Part shown: positions 1-13,936 of the stretch, one piece after another
Position numbering within the stretch: the stretch's first letter is position 1
How the letters are laid out: each line of letters starts with the position of its first letter
Source: Leucoraja ocellata
Lineage: Eukaryota
Direction of reading: 5' to 3'
NCBI GenBank assembly: GCA_036785375.1
Contig: JAWMAR010000001.1
Span: forward strand, 9,114,001-9,178,000
Length of the DNA stretch: 64,000 bases
The notes under the pieces: generated by a model
Database searches by the model: none
What the model was told of the DNA's origin: nothing
Seen by the model: the letters and a program-made list of their open reading frames with translations, nothing else
Position numbers and translations under genes: made by a program

Positions 1-975
1 GAAGGTGCAAGTGAACCTCTCACCTGGAAGGACAGTTGGGGTTCCTGGATGGAGGTGAGGGAGGAGGTATAAGAACAAATGTTGCATCTTCTGCAGTTGC
101 AGAGGAAAGTACAGGGGAGAGGGTTTGGGTTGAAAGGGATGAGTGAAACAAGGAGTTGCGGAAGGAGAAACCTCTGCACAAGATGGAAAGGGGTGTGGAT
201 GGGAAGATGTGACTCGTAGTGGGATCGCGTTGGAGGTGACGGAATTGTCGGAGAATGATTTGTCCGACTCGAGATGGAGGAAAAGGCGAGGTTTGGGGAT
301 CTTAATCCTTTTCCATCTGGAGGGAGAGTGAGTGCAGATCTAAGGGACACAGGAAATATGGGTGAGGGATCCATGCATGACAGCAGAGGGGAAACCATGT
401 TTACAAAAAGAAGACTCCTCGGAATTCCTGGAATGGAAAGCCTGATCTTAGGAGCAGATGTGACAGAAACGGAGAAATTGAGATTGGGGGATACCATCTT
501 TGCAAGAGGCAGGGCGGGAGGAGGTCTAGTCCAGATAACCGTGAGAGTCGGTGGGTTTGAAGTAGACGTCAATCGATAGTCTGTTCCTTGTGAAGGTGAT
601 GAAGAGATCAAGGAGAGAGAGGTGACTGAGATAGTCCATGTGAATTTGAGGGCAGGGTGGAAGTTAGTGGTAAAGTTAATGAACTCAATGAGTTGTGCTC
701 AGGTGCAAGAGGCAGCCCCGATACAGTCGTCGATGTAACATAGAAACATAGAAAATAGGTGCAGGAGGAGGCCATTCGGCCCTACGAGCCAGCACCGCCA
801 TTCATTGTGATCATGGCTGATCATCCCCTATCAATAACCCGTGCCTGCCTTCTCCCCGTATCCCTTGACTCCACTAGCCCCAAGAGCTCTACCTAACTCT
901 CTCTTAAGATGTAATGGAGAAATAGTTTGGGGGTGATGCCAATGTGCATTTGAAAAAGTTGTTCTATGTGACCAA
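1..975 (-). mobile_element. Degenerate Penelope-like element (PLE) reverse-transcriptase fragment, split by a CR1 3' end
   Basis: The minus strand reads ...LFLHY|IDDCIGA (RT YIDD motif) across the insertion. Bases 1-125 resemble 56890-57020, which adjoin a GIY-YIG ORF. Confidence 0.75.
739..907 (-). mobile_element. 5'-truncated CR1 LINE 3' end
   Basis: CATAGAAA tail. It encodes the ...GYGEKAGTGY C-terminus also seen in the CR1 at 32423-33658. It is flanked by a GATGTAA duplication (732-738 and 908-914). Confidence 0.85.
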
Positions 976-2564
976 CAATATGGATTCTGATGTTGGGCTG
1001 GGAATCTCCCCCGAGGGCTAGATTCAAGATTCAAGAGAGTTTATGGTCATGTGTCCCAGATAGGACAATTAAATTCTTGCTTTGTTATTTGGTTTTGCTG
1101 AAACTGATGTTGATTCTGGGGATCAGCTTACTTTGCTACCCTTTCCTGTGTAAAAATAGTTCACAGACATTCACTGTCCATTCCCATGCTAAATGGGTAT
1201 GATTGAAGTATTAGGATGTTGATACAGCTACGGAATTGTATCAGATGGAAAAAAGTAGCACGGGAAGAAAATTGAAATAAAAACAGAATTGGATGAGAGC
1301 ACAAGTGTAAACACAAAGGAGTTATATTGAATTTATTTTTCTAAGGTACAGAGAGCATCTTCGAAGGAATTGAAAGATTAACCAGTCATGGATTTTTCAT
1401 GCATTAGAATAACTGAAGATGATTCATTACATATGTAGATAATTTCAGTTACACTCATTAAGTGCAATGTTGCCAAAGTTTACAAGAGTGACTATCAGGT
1501 CCATATTCCACTTATTATTTGTCATTGCAGTTTTATCTACAGCAAATAAACTTTGTATTGGATTTTAGCAAGTCACTTTATCTCTCAGAGAGTCACAAGA
1601 GACACCAGGTGCTGTAGCAAAAAAATTAACTTCTGGAGGAATCAGCAGGTCAGGCAGTATTTGTGGAAGAAAATGAACAGACAACTTTTTGGGTTGGGAG
1701 CTTTCTTCAGACTGGAGTTCAGACCCAAATTCCTCCATATGGCCCATATGGCAGCACCCTCACTTTTTCGGCTACACGTGTTTCATAATGTGTAGTTAAT
1801 GCACGCAGTGTAACGACATACGTACACACAAAAAACAAACAATATTAATGTCATATTATATGAGTACTGTGTTTACAGCCCTGTAATGCTGCTGCAGGCA
1901 AGACTTTTATTGCTCCATTTCGCTACATTTAACAATTAAACGCACTTGACTCTTGATAGTTGGATAATTACCTGGAAGGACTTTGGACTGTTTCCACACT
2001 ATTATCTCCGGTTTTGGACGAAGCGCTGCTGTGCTCTGAGCAACCTGGTCGTGGGTGTTAGGGAGCCGGGGCGGAGGGATGGATGGAAGCAGAAGCAGCG
2101 GCGGGGGCTGATGCAGACGGGGAGCCTTGGCTGGCGAGCCGCTCGCTGCAGCTCCGGGCATGGAGCAGCCTCAGTACAAGAGTCCCAGGCCGTCGGAGGC
2201 GGCCGGGCCTTGGGCCAAAGGCAAGGAGGAAGCGTTGCGCCGCTGCTGTGAGAGTCTCTGCGCCGAATGCGACCTGGTGACCGGCATGGTTGCGACTCGG
2301 TGCATCCTGGAGGACAACCAGTGGCTGCTAGAAGTAGGTACCGAGCACTGGGTAGAAGCGGTGGGGAAAATACAGGAAAGGGGTACTGATTTTAGATGAT
2401 CAGCCATGATCATATTGAATGGTGGTGCTGGCTCGAAGGGCCGAATGGCCTACTCCTGCACCTATTTTTTATGTTTCTATGTAACTTGCTCATGCTTGAG
2501 TATATGGCAATAAATCTCGACCACTTGATTTTGAAGCATTCATGCATGGTGGAGGTGAAATGTA

Positions 2565-3455
2565 GTCATAGAGTGATAGAGCATGGAAAACAGGCCCTTC
2601 GGTCCAACTTGCCCACACCCGCCAACATGTTCCAGCTACACTACCTGCTTTTGGTCTGTATCCCTCCAAACCTGTTCTATCCATGTATCAGTCTAACTGT
2701 TTCTTAAATGTTGGGATAGTCCCTGCCTCAACTACCTCCTCTGGCAGCTTGTTCCATAAACCCACCGTCCTTTGTGTGGAAAAAGTTACCCCTAGGATTC
2801 CTATTAAATCTTTTACCCTTCACCTTGAACCTATGTCCTCTGGTCCTCGATTCCCCTACTTTGGGTAAAAGACTGTGCATTTACCCAATCTATTCCTCTC
2901 ATGATTTTGTATACGAATAAGATCTCCCCTCATTCTCGTGCGCTTCATGGAATAGAGACCCAGCCTATTCAACCTCTCCCTGTAGCTCACACCCTCTAGT
3001 CCTGGCAACATCCTCGTAAATAATTTCTGAACCCTTTCAAGCTTGACAATAACTTTCCTATAACATGGTGCCCAGAACTGAACACAATTTTCTAAATGCG
3101 GTCTCACCAACGTCTCGTACAACTGCAACATGACCTCCCAACATCCATACTAAATACTCTGACTGATGAAGGCCAAAGTACCAAAAGCCTTTTTGACCAC
3201 CTTATCTACCTAAGACTCGACCTTCATGGAATCATGCACTTGTACTCCTAGATCCCTCTGCTCTACAACACTACCCAGAGTGTTGAATTCCATCAACCAT
3301 TCCTCCACCCACCTGGCCAATCGATCCAGATCCTGCTGCAATCATTCACAACCATCTTCACTATCTGCAAAACCACTAACTTTTGTATCATCAGCAAACT
3401 TGCTAATCTTGCCCTGTATGTTCTCATGCAAAACATTGATGTAGATGACAAACAG
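2565..3455 (-). mobile_element. CR1 LINE 3' fragment (RT C-terminus), degenerate
   Basis: ORF 2856-3131 (LYETLVRPHLENCVQFWAP...LERVQK) is a typical CR1 ORF2 C-terminal segment. A reverse FADD motif lies near 3385-3400. Confidence 0.85.
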
Positions 3456-4474
3456 ACTTTGAAATGGTCCTCGGGTGCAGTCCTGTTTTTCCAAACTACC
3501 TAATTACGGACAGTGGACTTTTTCTCTGGAACTGTTATGCTCTGGAACTGTTATGACACCACCGTTGTTAGGCTGTGGGCCGAGCATCAAAAATGTGTCT
3601 AAAAATCAGTTTTCGTGACCCAAGTCTCCAAACTACATGAAATTTTCCACAGATTTAGATGAAATATAATTGAGAAGGAAGTCATAACTCATCAATGCCA
3701 AACTTTGCACATTAATTAATTAAGCTAATTAGAAAATGAAATCGCGCCATCTAGTGGCCAATGCCCATATTACACCATGGGCAGCCTATTTCCGAGTTGC
3801 AGTCCATTTAAACTATATATTATTATACCTATACCTATGACTTGTAAATATGACTGTGATCATAATTGTATTATAAAAAAATAGTATGATGAATATAATT
3901 GTGAGTGTTTTGCTCCTGAACCAGCCTAATTAATGAGTGAGGGCAGTTCTTGTGGGTTCCTCCCTTTACTGAACCCCACTGACTGCTAGTGTGCAGAGTG
4001 GGGGTCACGGCCATAGTGGGACTGGGGCAGTTCCAGGCTGGGGGACAGTCCTGCAAGGCATCTTCCAGTCGCTTTAATAGGAGATGTAATGAGACTGCAG
4101 CAGAGGTCTGAGGTTTTAAGGGCTCATGAACCTGCCTAATTAAAGTGCCAGGACAGATCCTCTGGGTTCCTACATTTACTGAATCCCACTGACTGCCATA
4201 GTGGGGAGAGTGGGGGTAATGGCCATAGTGGGACTGGGGCAGTGCCAGGCTGGGTGGCAGACCTGTAAAAGACCTGTCTTATTTCTGATGTAAATGTCAC
4301 ATCCTGACCAAGAATCGAATGCTCTGATGTTTACTCGATGAGTATTCATTTTAAGCTACAATGAGCCTATATATATGATAGAGACTAGATAGAGATGGTG
4401 CCTTTGCAAATGAGGGCTATTACCTTTAACCTAAAATAACCCTAAAAGTGTTGCGTTGTTTGAGTATCTGTAGT

Positions 4475-4700
4475 TTGTGTGTGTGTGTGTCTGTGTATAC
4501 CTGTCAAACGTGTATGTGTGGATGTATGTGTGTGGATGTATGTGTGTGCATGGATGTGTACATGTATGTCTGCATGCAGATGGATGTGTGTGTGTGTGCG
4601 GAAGTATGTGTGCATGTAAGTGTGTGTGTGTGCATGCATGGAAGTGTGCACACGGATGGATGTGTGTGTGGATGTGTGTATGTATGTGTGGATGGGTGGG
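4475..4700. repeat. Degenerate (TG)n / (TGTA)n microsatellite
   Basis: Visible directly; it generates the His/Thr and Cys/Val pseudo-ORFs. Confidence 0.95.
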
Positions 4701-5475
4701 CAGTTGCACTGTCATTCACCAGCACGCCATTATCATAAGTAATTCACTCATTGTTTAAATAATTTGACCAAATAAACAGTGAAATGATCGACACTAAAAT
4801 AAAACTTTATATAACCATTTATTTCCCCAGTTTATTTGTTTACATTGCATCTAATCATCATCTGAATATTCATCAGATTCCAAGTCTTTTGATAAGTTTT
4901 GAGAAGTCCATTGATAAGTTAGTTCAAGTTCAAGTGGAGGGTCAGGCAGAGGCTACAAAACAAAACATCTCATAGTCATTAAGTCTGCATGGACTTCAAT
5001 TCATAAAATTTCAACTTCTTCTTAATGTTAATGAGAATAACACTGTTACTACCATAGATAAATTAGTTCAAGTTCACATACACCTATTCATTTCTACATA
5101 AACATCAGCCATTTCTTACCATTTCTCACTCCAATGGCAGCCTATAAAGTGCAATGAATATTCCTCCGTTTTTCTCCCATGGTCGGGGCCTGGAAACAGC
5201 CGCTACTGACGACACTATGTACAGCCTCCACCCCCCCCCGCCCGCGGAGATGATCCGTGGCTCCGCGTTCGCGAATTAGCTGCTTCTTAATTGTGACCGC
5301 GGCTTCACTATGTTAAGTACATAGGCCCCGCGATCGGAGCACTTTTTCCTGGTAAGTTATCGCAGGCAGCTCCGAGATTAGATGTTAAAGACTTATTTGA
5401 CTACAACAAGCTGGCATTAGTGAAAATGTTTAATTTACCTTGTTATGGATACACATAGTTTAGACCCTCAACTTC

Positions 5476-5622
5476 ATGAATGAGTGAATGAATGAGTGAA
5501 TGCATGAATAAATGAATGGATGATGAATGAATGAATTATGAATGAATGAATGATGAATGAATGTATGAGTGAATGAATGAATGAACGATTGAGTGAGTGA
5601 ATGAATGAATGAATGAGTGAAT
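5476..5622. repeat. (TGAA)n microsatellite
   Basis: Visible directly. Confidence 0.95.
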
Positions 5623-6670
5623 GTACAGCCTCCAAATTTCATTTTTTCACATTATAAAAGGGTGCAATTAAATTAATTAAAGTCCATACAGATTAATTTT
5701 CATAAATTCAGACTTTAGATCTTACCTTTCAGTTTGAGTTGATTCACAAAGTTTCACTGGTTTCACAACTTTGTGTTGCAGCATCTCAGCAGGGACTTTG
5801 CTTTCAAGACTTTCTTCCACTTCTATCCACTTAGCTGCACATTCTTCAGACTTAATACTTTTCTCACTAAATTGCATTGCCCTGCTGCAAGTTTCCACAA
5901 CATGTATTCCACAGAACTAGAAAGAACCTTCATCGGAATCTCCAGTAAAACAGGCATCAGTGAAGTCCTCTCACCAATGTTGTGTGCTCCCTGCCTAGCT
6001 AGCCTGAAACAAAGTGGTATACAACTCAATGTTAAACATGCTTTGATTGGACGAAAAATACCCAAGATTTTTCCGGATTTTCTCTAATTTAATAAAAATG
6101 TGCAAGTCTTGTTCATGACGAGTTTCAGGGGTGATTTATATAATATTTTTACACAATATGTGAAAATTTCATGTAGTTCTGTGACTTGGGTCACGAAGCA
6201 CTGGAATAAAGCTCCTCGGCCCACAGCCTATGTTGGACAAATTACGATATTGATGAGTCAGAGTATAGGAGGGAGATTGATCCTCTGATTGAATGGTGCC
6301 AGAACAATAATCTTGTTCAATGTCAATGAAACCAAGCAACTGATTGTTAACTTTACTCTGTCTTTTACCCAGATTGGGGGAAATCTAGAACCAGAGGGCA
6401 TAAGTTTAAGGTGAGGGGGGACATTTTTAATAAGAACCTGAGGGCAACCATTTTACATTCTTTATAGATGATATGTAGAACAAGCTGCCAGAGAAGGTAG
6501 TTGAGGCAGATACTATCATAACATTTAAGAAATATTTGGTCAGGTAAATGGAATGGGAAAGGTTTGTAGAGATGTGGGAAAAATACAGTCAGGTAGGACT
6601 AGTGTAGATGGGGCAAGTTGATTGGCATGGGCGTTGGGCCGAAGAGCCTGTCTCCAACTGTATGATTCTA

Positions 6671-7819
6671 CTAGATTAAGTTGGGTCCCTGTCACACAGG
6701 AGGCTTGGTCCCCCAACGCAATGTTCCACCACTCACCCATAGCCCCCAACTGCACAGGCGCACCTCATTTCCCTGCATCCCTAGCACTCTCTCCCCCTCC
6801 TCTTCACCCTCCCTCTTCTTTCCCCTCTCCTCCTCCCCTCCCCCAATCCCTCCCTCACCTCTCTCCCTCTCCTTTCCTCAGTCACTCTCTCCCTCCCTCC
6901 ATAACTCCTCTCCCCTTCCTACCCCTCTATCCCCCACCTCCCCCACTCCTCACCTCCCCTATCCCACCCAATATCCCTCCTCACCTCCCCCACTACCCTC
7001 CTCTCCCTCTATTCCCCACTCCCTACCTCCCCCATTCCCCCTCCTCTATTACCCCCTCCTCTCCTTCTTTTCTCCCTCCTCCCCCACTATCCCTCCTCAC
7101 CTCCTCCCTCTTCTTTTCCCTCTCCTCCTACCCTTCCCCAATCCCTTCCTCACCTCTCCTTTCCCCTACCTTCCCTCCCTCCATAACTCCTCTACCCTTC
7201 TCTCCCTCTATCCCCTCTCCTCCCCCACTCTCCCTCCCCAGGATCTCGAGGTTGCCGCTCCCCGTGCCCTGGAGGAGCATCAGCCATCGGCGCCCTCATC
7301 GGGGGAGGGGGCAGGAGCCAGCGAGGGGGGCCAGAGGGGATGGGGCTGGAGCTGCGGGGCGTTGTGATGGCGGTGCATTTGGGATCTGCAGCGGGCGCTG
7401 GACGCTCTCCTCCGTCGGGATCTGATTCACTGCTTTCCGTTTGGCGACATCGCCGCGCCTGTCCCTCCGAAATTGTGTCCGGTTGGAGACCTCCGCCGGC
7501 CTCCCTCAGCTCCAGTAAAGATGCAATGGCGCAGGAAGGAGCGGACAGTCGCGCGGCGTGACAGGAGAAGAGACCAATTCGCGAGGCGCTGACTGGCAGG
7601 AGAGGAGATAGATCTGTGCGCGCGCGCTTTTTACGATTTTTAAACCTCGCTGACTTTTACATTATACCACCGATCGGAATGAAATGGTGCACTCGCAGCA
7701 CAGGAAACGGTGAGTGAGCTGACAAAAAAATCGTAGTGCTATGGTGTATCGTTTTTGCGTAAATAGAAAAACCACGCAAACCAGAAGATCACAAGATCAG
7801 AGCTTTAGTTATGTTTAGA
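6671..7819 (-). mobile_element. Non-autonomous Helitron-like element with a C/T-rich low-complexity core
   Basis: The minus strand starts A|TCTAAACATAACTAAAG and ends GGGACCCAACTTAATCTAG|T. It sits in an AT dinucleotide with no TSD. The empty site TATGATTCTA|TGTTCT restores a CR1-type tail. Confidence 0.7.
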
Positions 7820-8188
7820 TGTTCTGCACTCAGTATCTTCCCTTGAGTTTTATTATGCTTGAGGTTAAGTTAATTATATTTATGTGCAGTATATTGTCTG
7901 ATCTGTTTGGATAGCATCTCACATAGGCCATACGTTATTTTAAAAATACACCAAACAAAAAACATTGAAATCATACAATGCACTAAAACATGATTGGAAT
8001 ACAGCAAAGTCCCTACCGTGGGAGGGGGGTTGCCCCCCACCTTCGACACCATCCATAGCTCCACTCCCGCGCCGGGTACCCCCGAGGCCGGTTATCAGTG
8101 ATCGCTCAGCCCCCCCACTTTCAAAACCGCACTGCGGCCCATGCTCCAGTAGTTTGCATTCTCTTTCAGTTGGATATCTTGTGACTGA

Positions 8189-8353
<165 letters not shown>

Positions 8354-8694
8354 TAATAACTTAAATTAGAGGGAAATGCAAAATATATGCTAGAAACATG
8401 AGTTAACAAAAATGCTGATAAAGCTCAGCAGGTTAAGTTAGCAAGTCAGTGAATATGTCAGACTAATAAAGTTTTTATCAGACATGGAAACACACGAAAA
8501 AGGATCTGGAGTAGGTCATTAGGCCCCTTAAAACTGCCCTATCATTCAAAATAACCATGGCTGATTCCGTTTGTCTCAACTCCTCTTCTCTGCCAGTTCC
8601 CCATCACCCTCAGTTCCTGAATCTTTTAAGTATTTATCTGTCTCCATCTTAAGTACACTTCATGATCTGGCTTCCAGCACCCTTAAGGATCATA

Positions 8695-10072
8695 ATCCCC
8701 CTCTCTCTATCCCTCCCCCACCCAAGTCATACTAGCTTCTCATTTTCACCCTACAAACAACTTACAATGGCCTGTTTCCTTTATCAGCGTTACTTTTTGC
8801 ATATCTTTAATTCATTATTCTTTATAGAAACATAGAAAATAGGTGCAGGATTAGGCCATTCGGCCCTTCGAGCATGCACCGCCAGTCAATATGATCAGGG
8901 CTGAACATCCAACTCAGTATCCTATACCTGCCTTCTCTCCATACCTCCTGATCCCTTTAGCCATAAGGGCCACATCTAACTCCCTCTTAAATATTGCCAA
9001 TGAACTGGCCTCAACTACCTTCTGTGGCAGAGAATTCCACAGATTCAACACTATGTGAAAAATGTTTTTCTCATCTCGGTACTAAAAGACTTCCCCTTTA
9101 TCCTTAAACTGTGACCACTTGTTCGTGACCTCCCCAACATCGGGAATAATCTTCCTGCATCTAGCCTGTCCAACCTCTTAAGAATTTTATAAGTTTCTAT
9201 AAGATCCCCCCTCAATCTTCTAAATTCTAGCGAGTACAAGCCGAGTCTATCCAGTCTTTCTTCATATGAAAGTCCTGCCATCCCAGGAATCAGTCTGGTG
9301 AACCTTCTCTGCGCTCCCTCTATGGCAAGAATGTTTTTTCTCAGATTAGGAGACAAAAACTGTACGCAATACTCCAGGTGTGGTCTCACCAAGACCCTGT
9401 ATAACTGCAGTAGAACCTCCCTGCTCTTATACTCAAATCCTTTTGCTATGAATGCTAACATACCATTCGCTTTCTTCACTGCCTGCTGCACCTGCATGCC
9501 TACTTTCAATGATTGGTGTACCATGACACCCAGGTCTCGTTGCATTTCCCCTTTTCCTGCCACCCCAGGACTTTATCTCTCCACATCACCATCTATATCT
9601 CTTGGAAAGTAGACAAAAATGATGGAGAAACTCAGCGAATGAGGCAGCATCTATGAAGCGAAGGAATAGGCGACGTTTTGAGTCGAGACCCTTCTTCAGA
9701 CTGATGTCGGGGGGCGGGAAAAAGGAAGGAAGAGGCGGAGGAGATAGTAGGCTGTGGGAGAGCTGGAAAGGGGGGGAAGGAGGGAGAAAGCAAAGACTAC
9801 CTGAAATTGGAGGGCAATATTCATACCGCTGGGGTGTAAACTACCCAAGCAAAATATGAGGTGCTGCTCCTCCAATTTGTGGTGGGACTCACTCTGGCCA
9901 AGGAGGAGGCTATATCTCTTGTCTCCCTTATCCCTAACCAGTCTGAAGAAGAGTCTCGACCCAAAACCTCATGCATTCCTTCTCTCCAGAGATGCTGCCT
10001 GTCCTGCTGAGTTACTCCAGTTTTTTGTGTCTATCTTCGGTTTAAACTAGCATCTGCAGTTCCTTCTTACAC
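8695..10072. mobile_element. Nested cluster: + strand PLE-related short element containing a CR1 fragment (about 8826-9560, minus) and a PLE 3' fragment (9605-9909, minus)
   Basis: CR1 ORF 9051-9563. A 12-bp duplication CTATATCTCTTG (9593-9604 and 9910-9921) flanks the inner PLE piece. CTGAAGA hammerhead-like cores occur on both strands. Confidence 0.75.
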
Positions 10073-10321
10073 ATTATCAAAGGCCTTGCTGAATTCCATA
10101 TAGTCAGCATCTATGGCCTTGGCCTCATTAACCTTGGTTGAAATTATGGGTCTACCATAACAGTCCTGATCGTGGGAAGGACATAGAAGTGGGTTGTTTT
10201 TGGTGTTAATGGAGGGATGAGCTCCTGAGATAGAGTTCACTGATGTCTAAGAGACAATACCATGATATTTAATGGTGGCATCATGGTCGAGAGAGAGAGA
10301 GGTAAGAAGAGGTGCATCAGA

Positions 10322-12035
10322 ATTTTTTTTTAATTTATTTTTTATTTCTTTTATTTTATTTTTATTAGAAGTACAATAAGTTGCAGTAATACACACCAGA
10401 TATATCTCATTACATTTGTTATACCCCTTCATTTTTTTAACTTTAAAAAAGATAGAAATAAAAGAAGTAAGGAAAGTGAGAAGGAGTCGTGAAGGTGCAG
10501 GAAAGTGTTGGGAAAAGAAAGCCCATTAGAAAAGGAGTTAGAGAAGAAAATTAAGAAATAGACCCTAGAAAAGAAAGAAAGAAAGAGTAACAATCGCTCT
10601 ATTATAAAAAAAAACTCCGCAAAAAGGGATATACCAACTGTATTTTTCACCCCCCGTTACCAGATCCTGGCACCATTTATTTTTTAAATTACTATTGCAC
10701 CTTATGCTTGTAATTTATGCTTGTAATTTAATCCATAAATGCAGACCACGTCTTTTGGAAGTGGTCTGCTTTGCCTGCTAGGAGGAGTCTCATCCCTTCC
10801 AGATGTAATGTTTCGAACATGTTTGAAATCCACATTTTTATTGTTGGTATAGGAGCATTTTTCCAGAATTTGAGTATAAGCTTTTTTCCCCATTATTAGC
10901 CCGTAATTAAGTAAATTCTTTTGAAACACGTTTAGTTCAGGGCTACCTTCTGTTATTCTAAAAATAATCCATTCTGCTTTTGGTATGAGTTTTATTTTAA
11001 ATAGTTTTGTGAAGATTTCAAATATTTCGTTCCAGACATTTTGGATTTTTATACAAAAAACAAAAGAGTGCGCTATGGTAGCTTCATGAGACTTACATTT
11101 ATCACAAATGGGTGAGACGTTAGGGAAAAGTTTATTTATTTTTGTTTTTGAATAGTATAGTCTATGTAATGTTTTGAATTGAATTAGAGTATGTCGTACG
11201 TTGATCGAGCATTTATGCACATATAGTAAGTGTTTATCCCAGCTCTCTTTTGAAATTTTTATAGCTAGTTCTTGTTCCCAGTCTCTTCTAATACCATCAG
11301 TTGTAGGTATTTCTATATTTAAAACAGTGTTGTATAAGTATGATATTAGGTTTGCCGATTCGGCCTTTGTCTTCATTGCTTTGTCCAGTAAGTCTGGAGG
11401 CATGTTATGATAGTCTTTTGTGTATTTTCAGATAGTCACACAATTGAAGAATTTTAAAATATTGATTATTTCTCAAATTATATTTCAGTTGTAATTGTTG
11501 AAATTATAATAATTTCCGAATTCATACAAGTCTCCGAACGTTTTGATTCCTATTCTTTCCCATTGTGTAAATGATTTATCTATAGTAGATGGTTTAAATG
11601 ACGGATTATTGACTATTGGCATTAAAAGAGATAGATTTCTTAATTTTAGATTCTGTTTTATTTGTTTCCAAGTTCTAATTGCGCTATGTATAATTGGATT
11701 TCTATTGTAATTTTTGTTATTCAGATTTATTGGTGAGAGGAGAGTCGCTCCTATATTACACGGAGAGCAGTCCTCGCTCTCCATTACAATCCAGTCCACC
11801 TGCTGGACAGAATTGTCCAGCAGGTGGATCATATTTTTAATATTTACTGCCCAATTATAGTACATAAAGTTAGGGAGTGCTAGACCACCCAGCTCTTTGG
11901 GTTTACTAAGGTGTGTTCTTTGTATTCTGTTGGATTTATAGTCCCATATACAATTTGTAATGTCTGAGTCCAGTTTTTTGAAAAACCTTTTTGGAAGATA
12001 TATAGGTATTGGTTGAAATAGATATAGGATTTAGG
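10322..12035 (-). mobile_element. L1-clade LINE ORF2 3' fragment with A-rich tail
   Basis: GGLALPNFMYYNWA motif, C-terminal zinc knuckle CDKC-x7-H-x4-C in ORF 10702-11403, and a T-rich tail on the + strand near 10322-10365. The frame is broken. Confidence 0.85.
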
Positions 12036-12759
12036 TGCATCAGAATTGATGCTAACTTCTGTGAGGCAGAGGATAGTTCACCAAACTCCTGGTGTAATGG
12101 CAGTATTGGTGCTGGTCTTGACTGAGTGGAGTGCAAGTGTTGCATTGGCAGTTTGTAATCAATAGATGTAGGGAGGGTAAGAAGTAGGGCACTTGTGGAC
12201 CAGCTGATCCAGTGACCAGAATTGAAGAGACGACTTTGATGACACTTTCCTTGTCAATTGAAAGCAGGGTCCCTGTCAATCTTATCAAGTTGTCTACCAA
12301 GGATAAACAAGCTGGTAAGAGTTTAGCTGAGATGGTAGATATGATCCATGAAGTCTATGGCTTATTTTTGACATAATTGACATCATCTCACCACTGAAGA
12401 CCAAGCTTTTGCCTCCTAGACATCAGTGATTTCACTTTCTCGAAATAACACCCTCCCCCCCCCGCAGCCTCATTAACCCCATCACCATGTAGCCCATTTC
12501 TACTACCTCCCAAACATCCACAAGTGGAATGGTAGATCTATTGTTTTCTCCCACTGAATTTTGTTTCCAATGGGTATCAATGTAATAACGCTGCAAAATT
12601 CATTGATTTATGAAAAATTATCATGGCAGAAGTGATAGCAGCAGAATTAGGCCATTCGGCCCATCAAGTCTACTCCACCATTCAATCATGGCTGATCTAT
12701 CTCAAACTCCTAACCCCTGCCTTCTCCCCATAACCCTTGACACTCGTACTAATCAATAA

Positions 12760-13098
<339 letters not shown>

Positions 13099-13564
13099 TA
13101 GATTGCCTGCTCTGAATGTCTTTCACTTATAGCTAGGGCTCCTGATTTTTTTTTAAATTAATAAATGCACAATAAATAAATATCCTAATTCATGTTATGA
13201 CAACATTTCTCTTCACATAGTGCCCTTAACTTGGTAAAAGATAGTCAAAGTAGTAGGTTTTAAGAACCATCCTGACTAAGATAGAAAGGTTTAAGGGGGG
13301 AATTTCAGTATGTGGGAATTAGGCAATGAAAGACTTGGCCACCAACAGTAGAGCATTGAATAGTTCAGTGGAGTAGAGCACAGAGATTGGGAGAGGGGAT
13401 GGAGGAATTTGAACAAGATGAAAATTGTAATATATTTTCATTGCTGGACAGGGTGCCTGTTGTAAGTTATTGAAACATGTTGAAGATGGTGACAAGGATT
13501 TGATACAAGTTTAAATACTGGCAGCAGAAGTGTGGATGATCTTTAGATTATGCAGAGAAAGTAG

Positions 13565-13936
<372 letters not shown>

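Larger units (their letters stand above)
3569..6230. mobile_element. Non-autonomous TIR DNA transposon, Academ-like (TAG...CTA ends, 3-bp TSD)
   Basis: 16-bp TIR TAGGCTGTGGGCCGAG / CTCGGCCCACAGCCTA plus subterminal inverted blocks (TTCGTGACCCAAGTC..AACTACATGAAATTTTC). TGT is duplicated at 3566-3568 and 6231-6233. Removing the element restores a Rex1-like DTTVVGQI reading frame. Confidence 0.75.

Noticed and set aside
4431-4758. His/Thr- and Cys/Val-rich ORFs
   Set aside because: They are (TG)n microsatellite artefacts.
6622-7425. 267-aa and 228-aa Pro/Ser-rich ORFs
   Set aside because: They are translations of the C/T low-complexity tract inside the Helitron-like element, with no domain or splice support.
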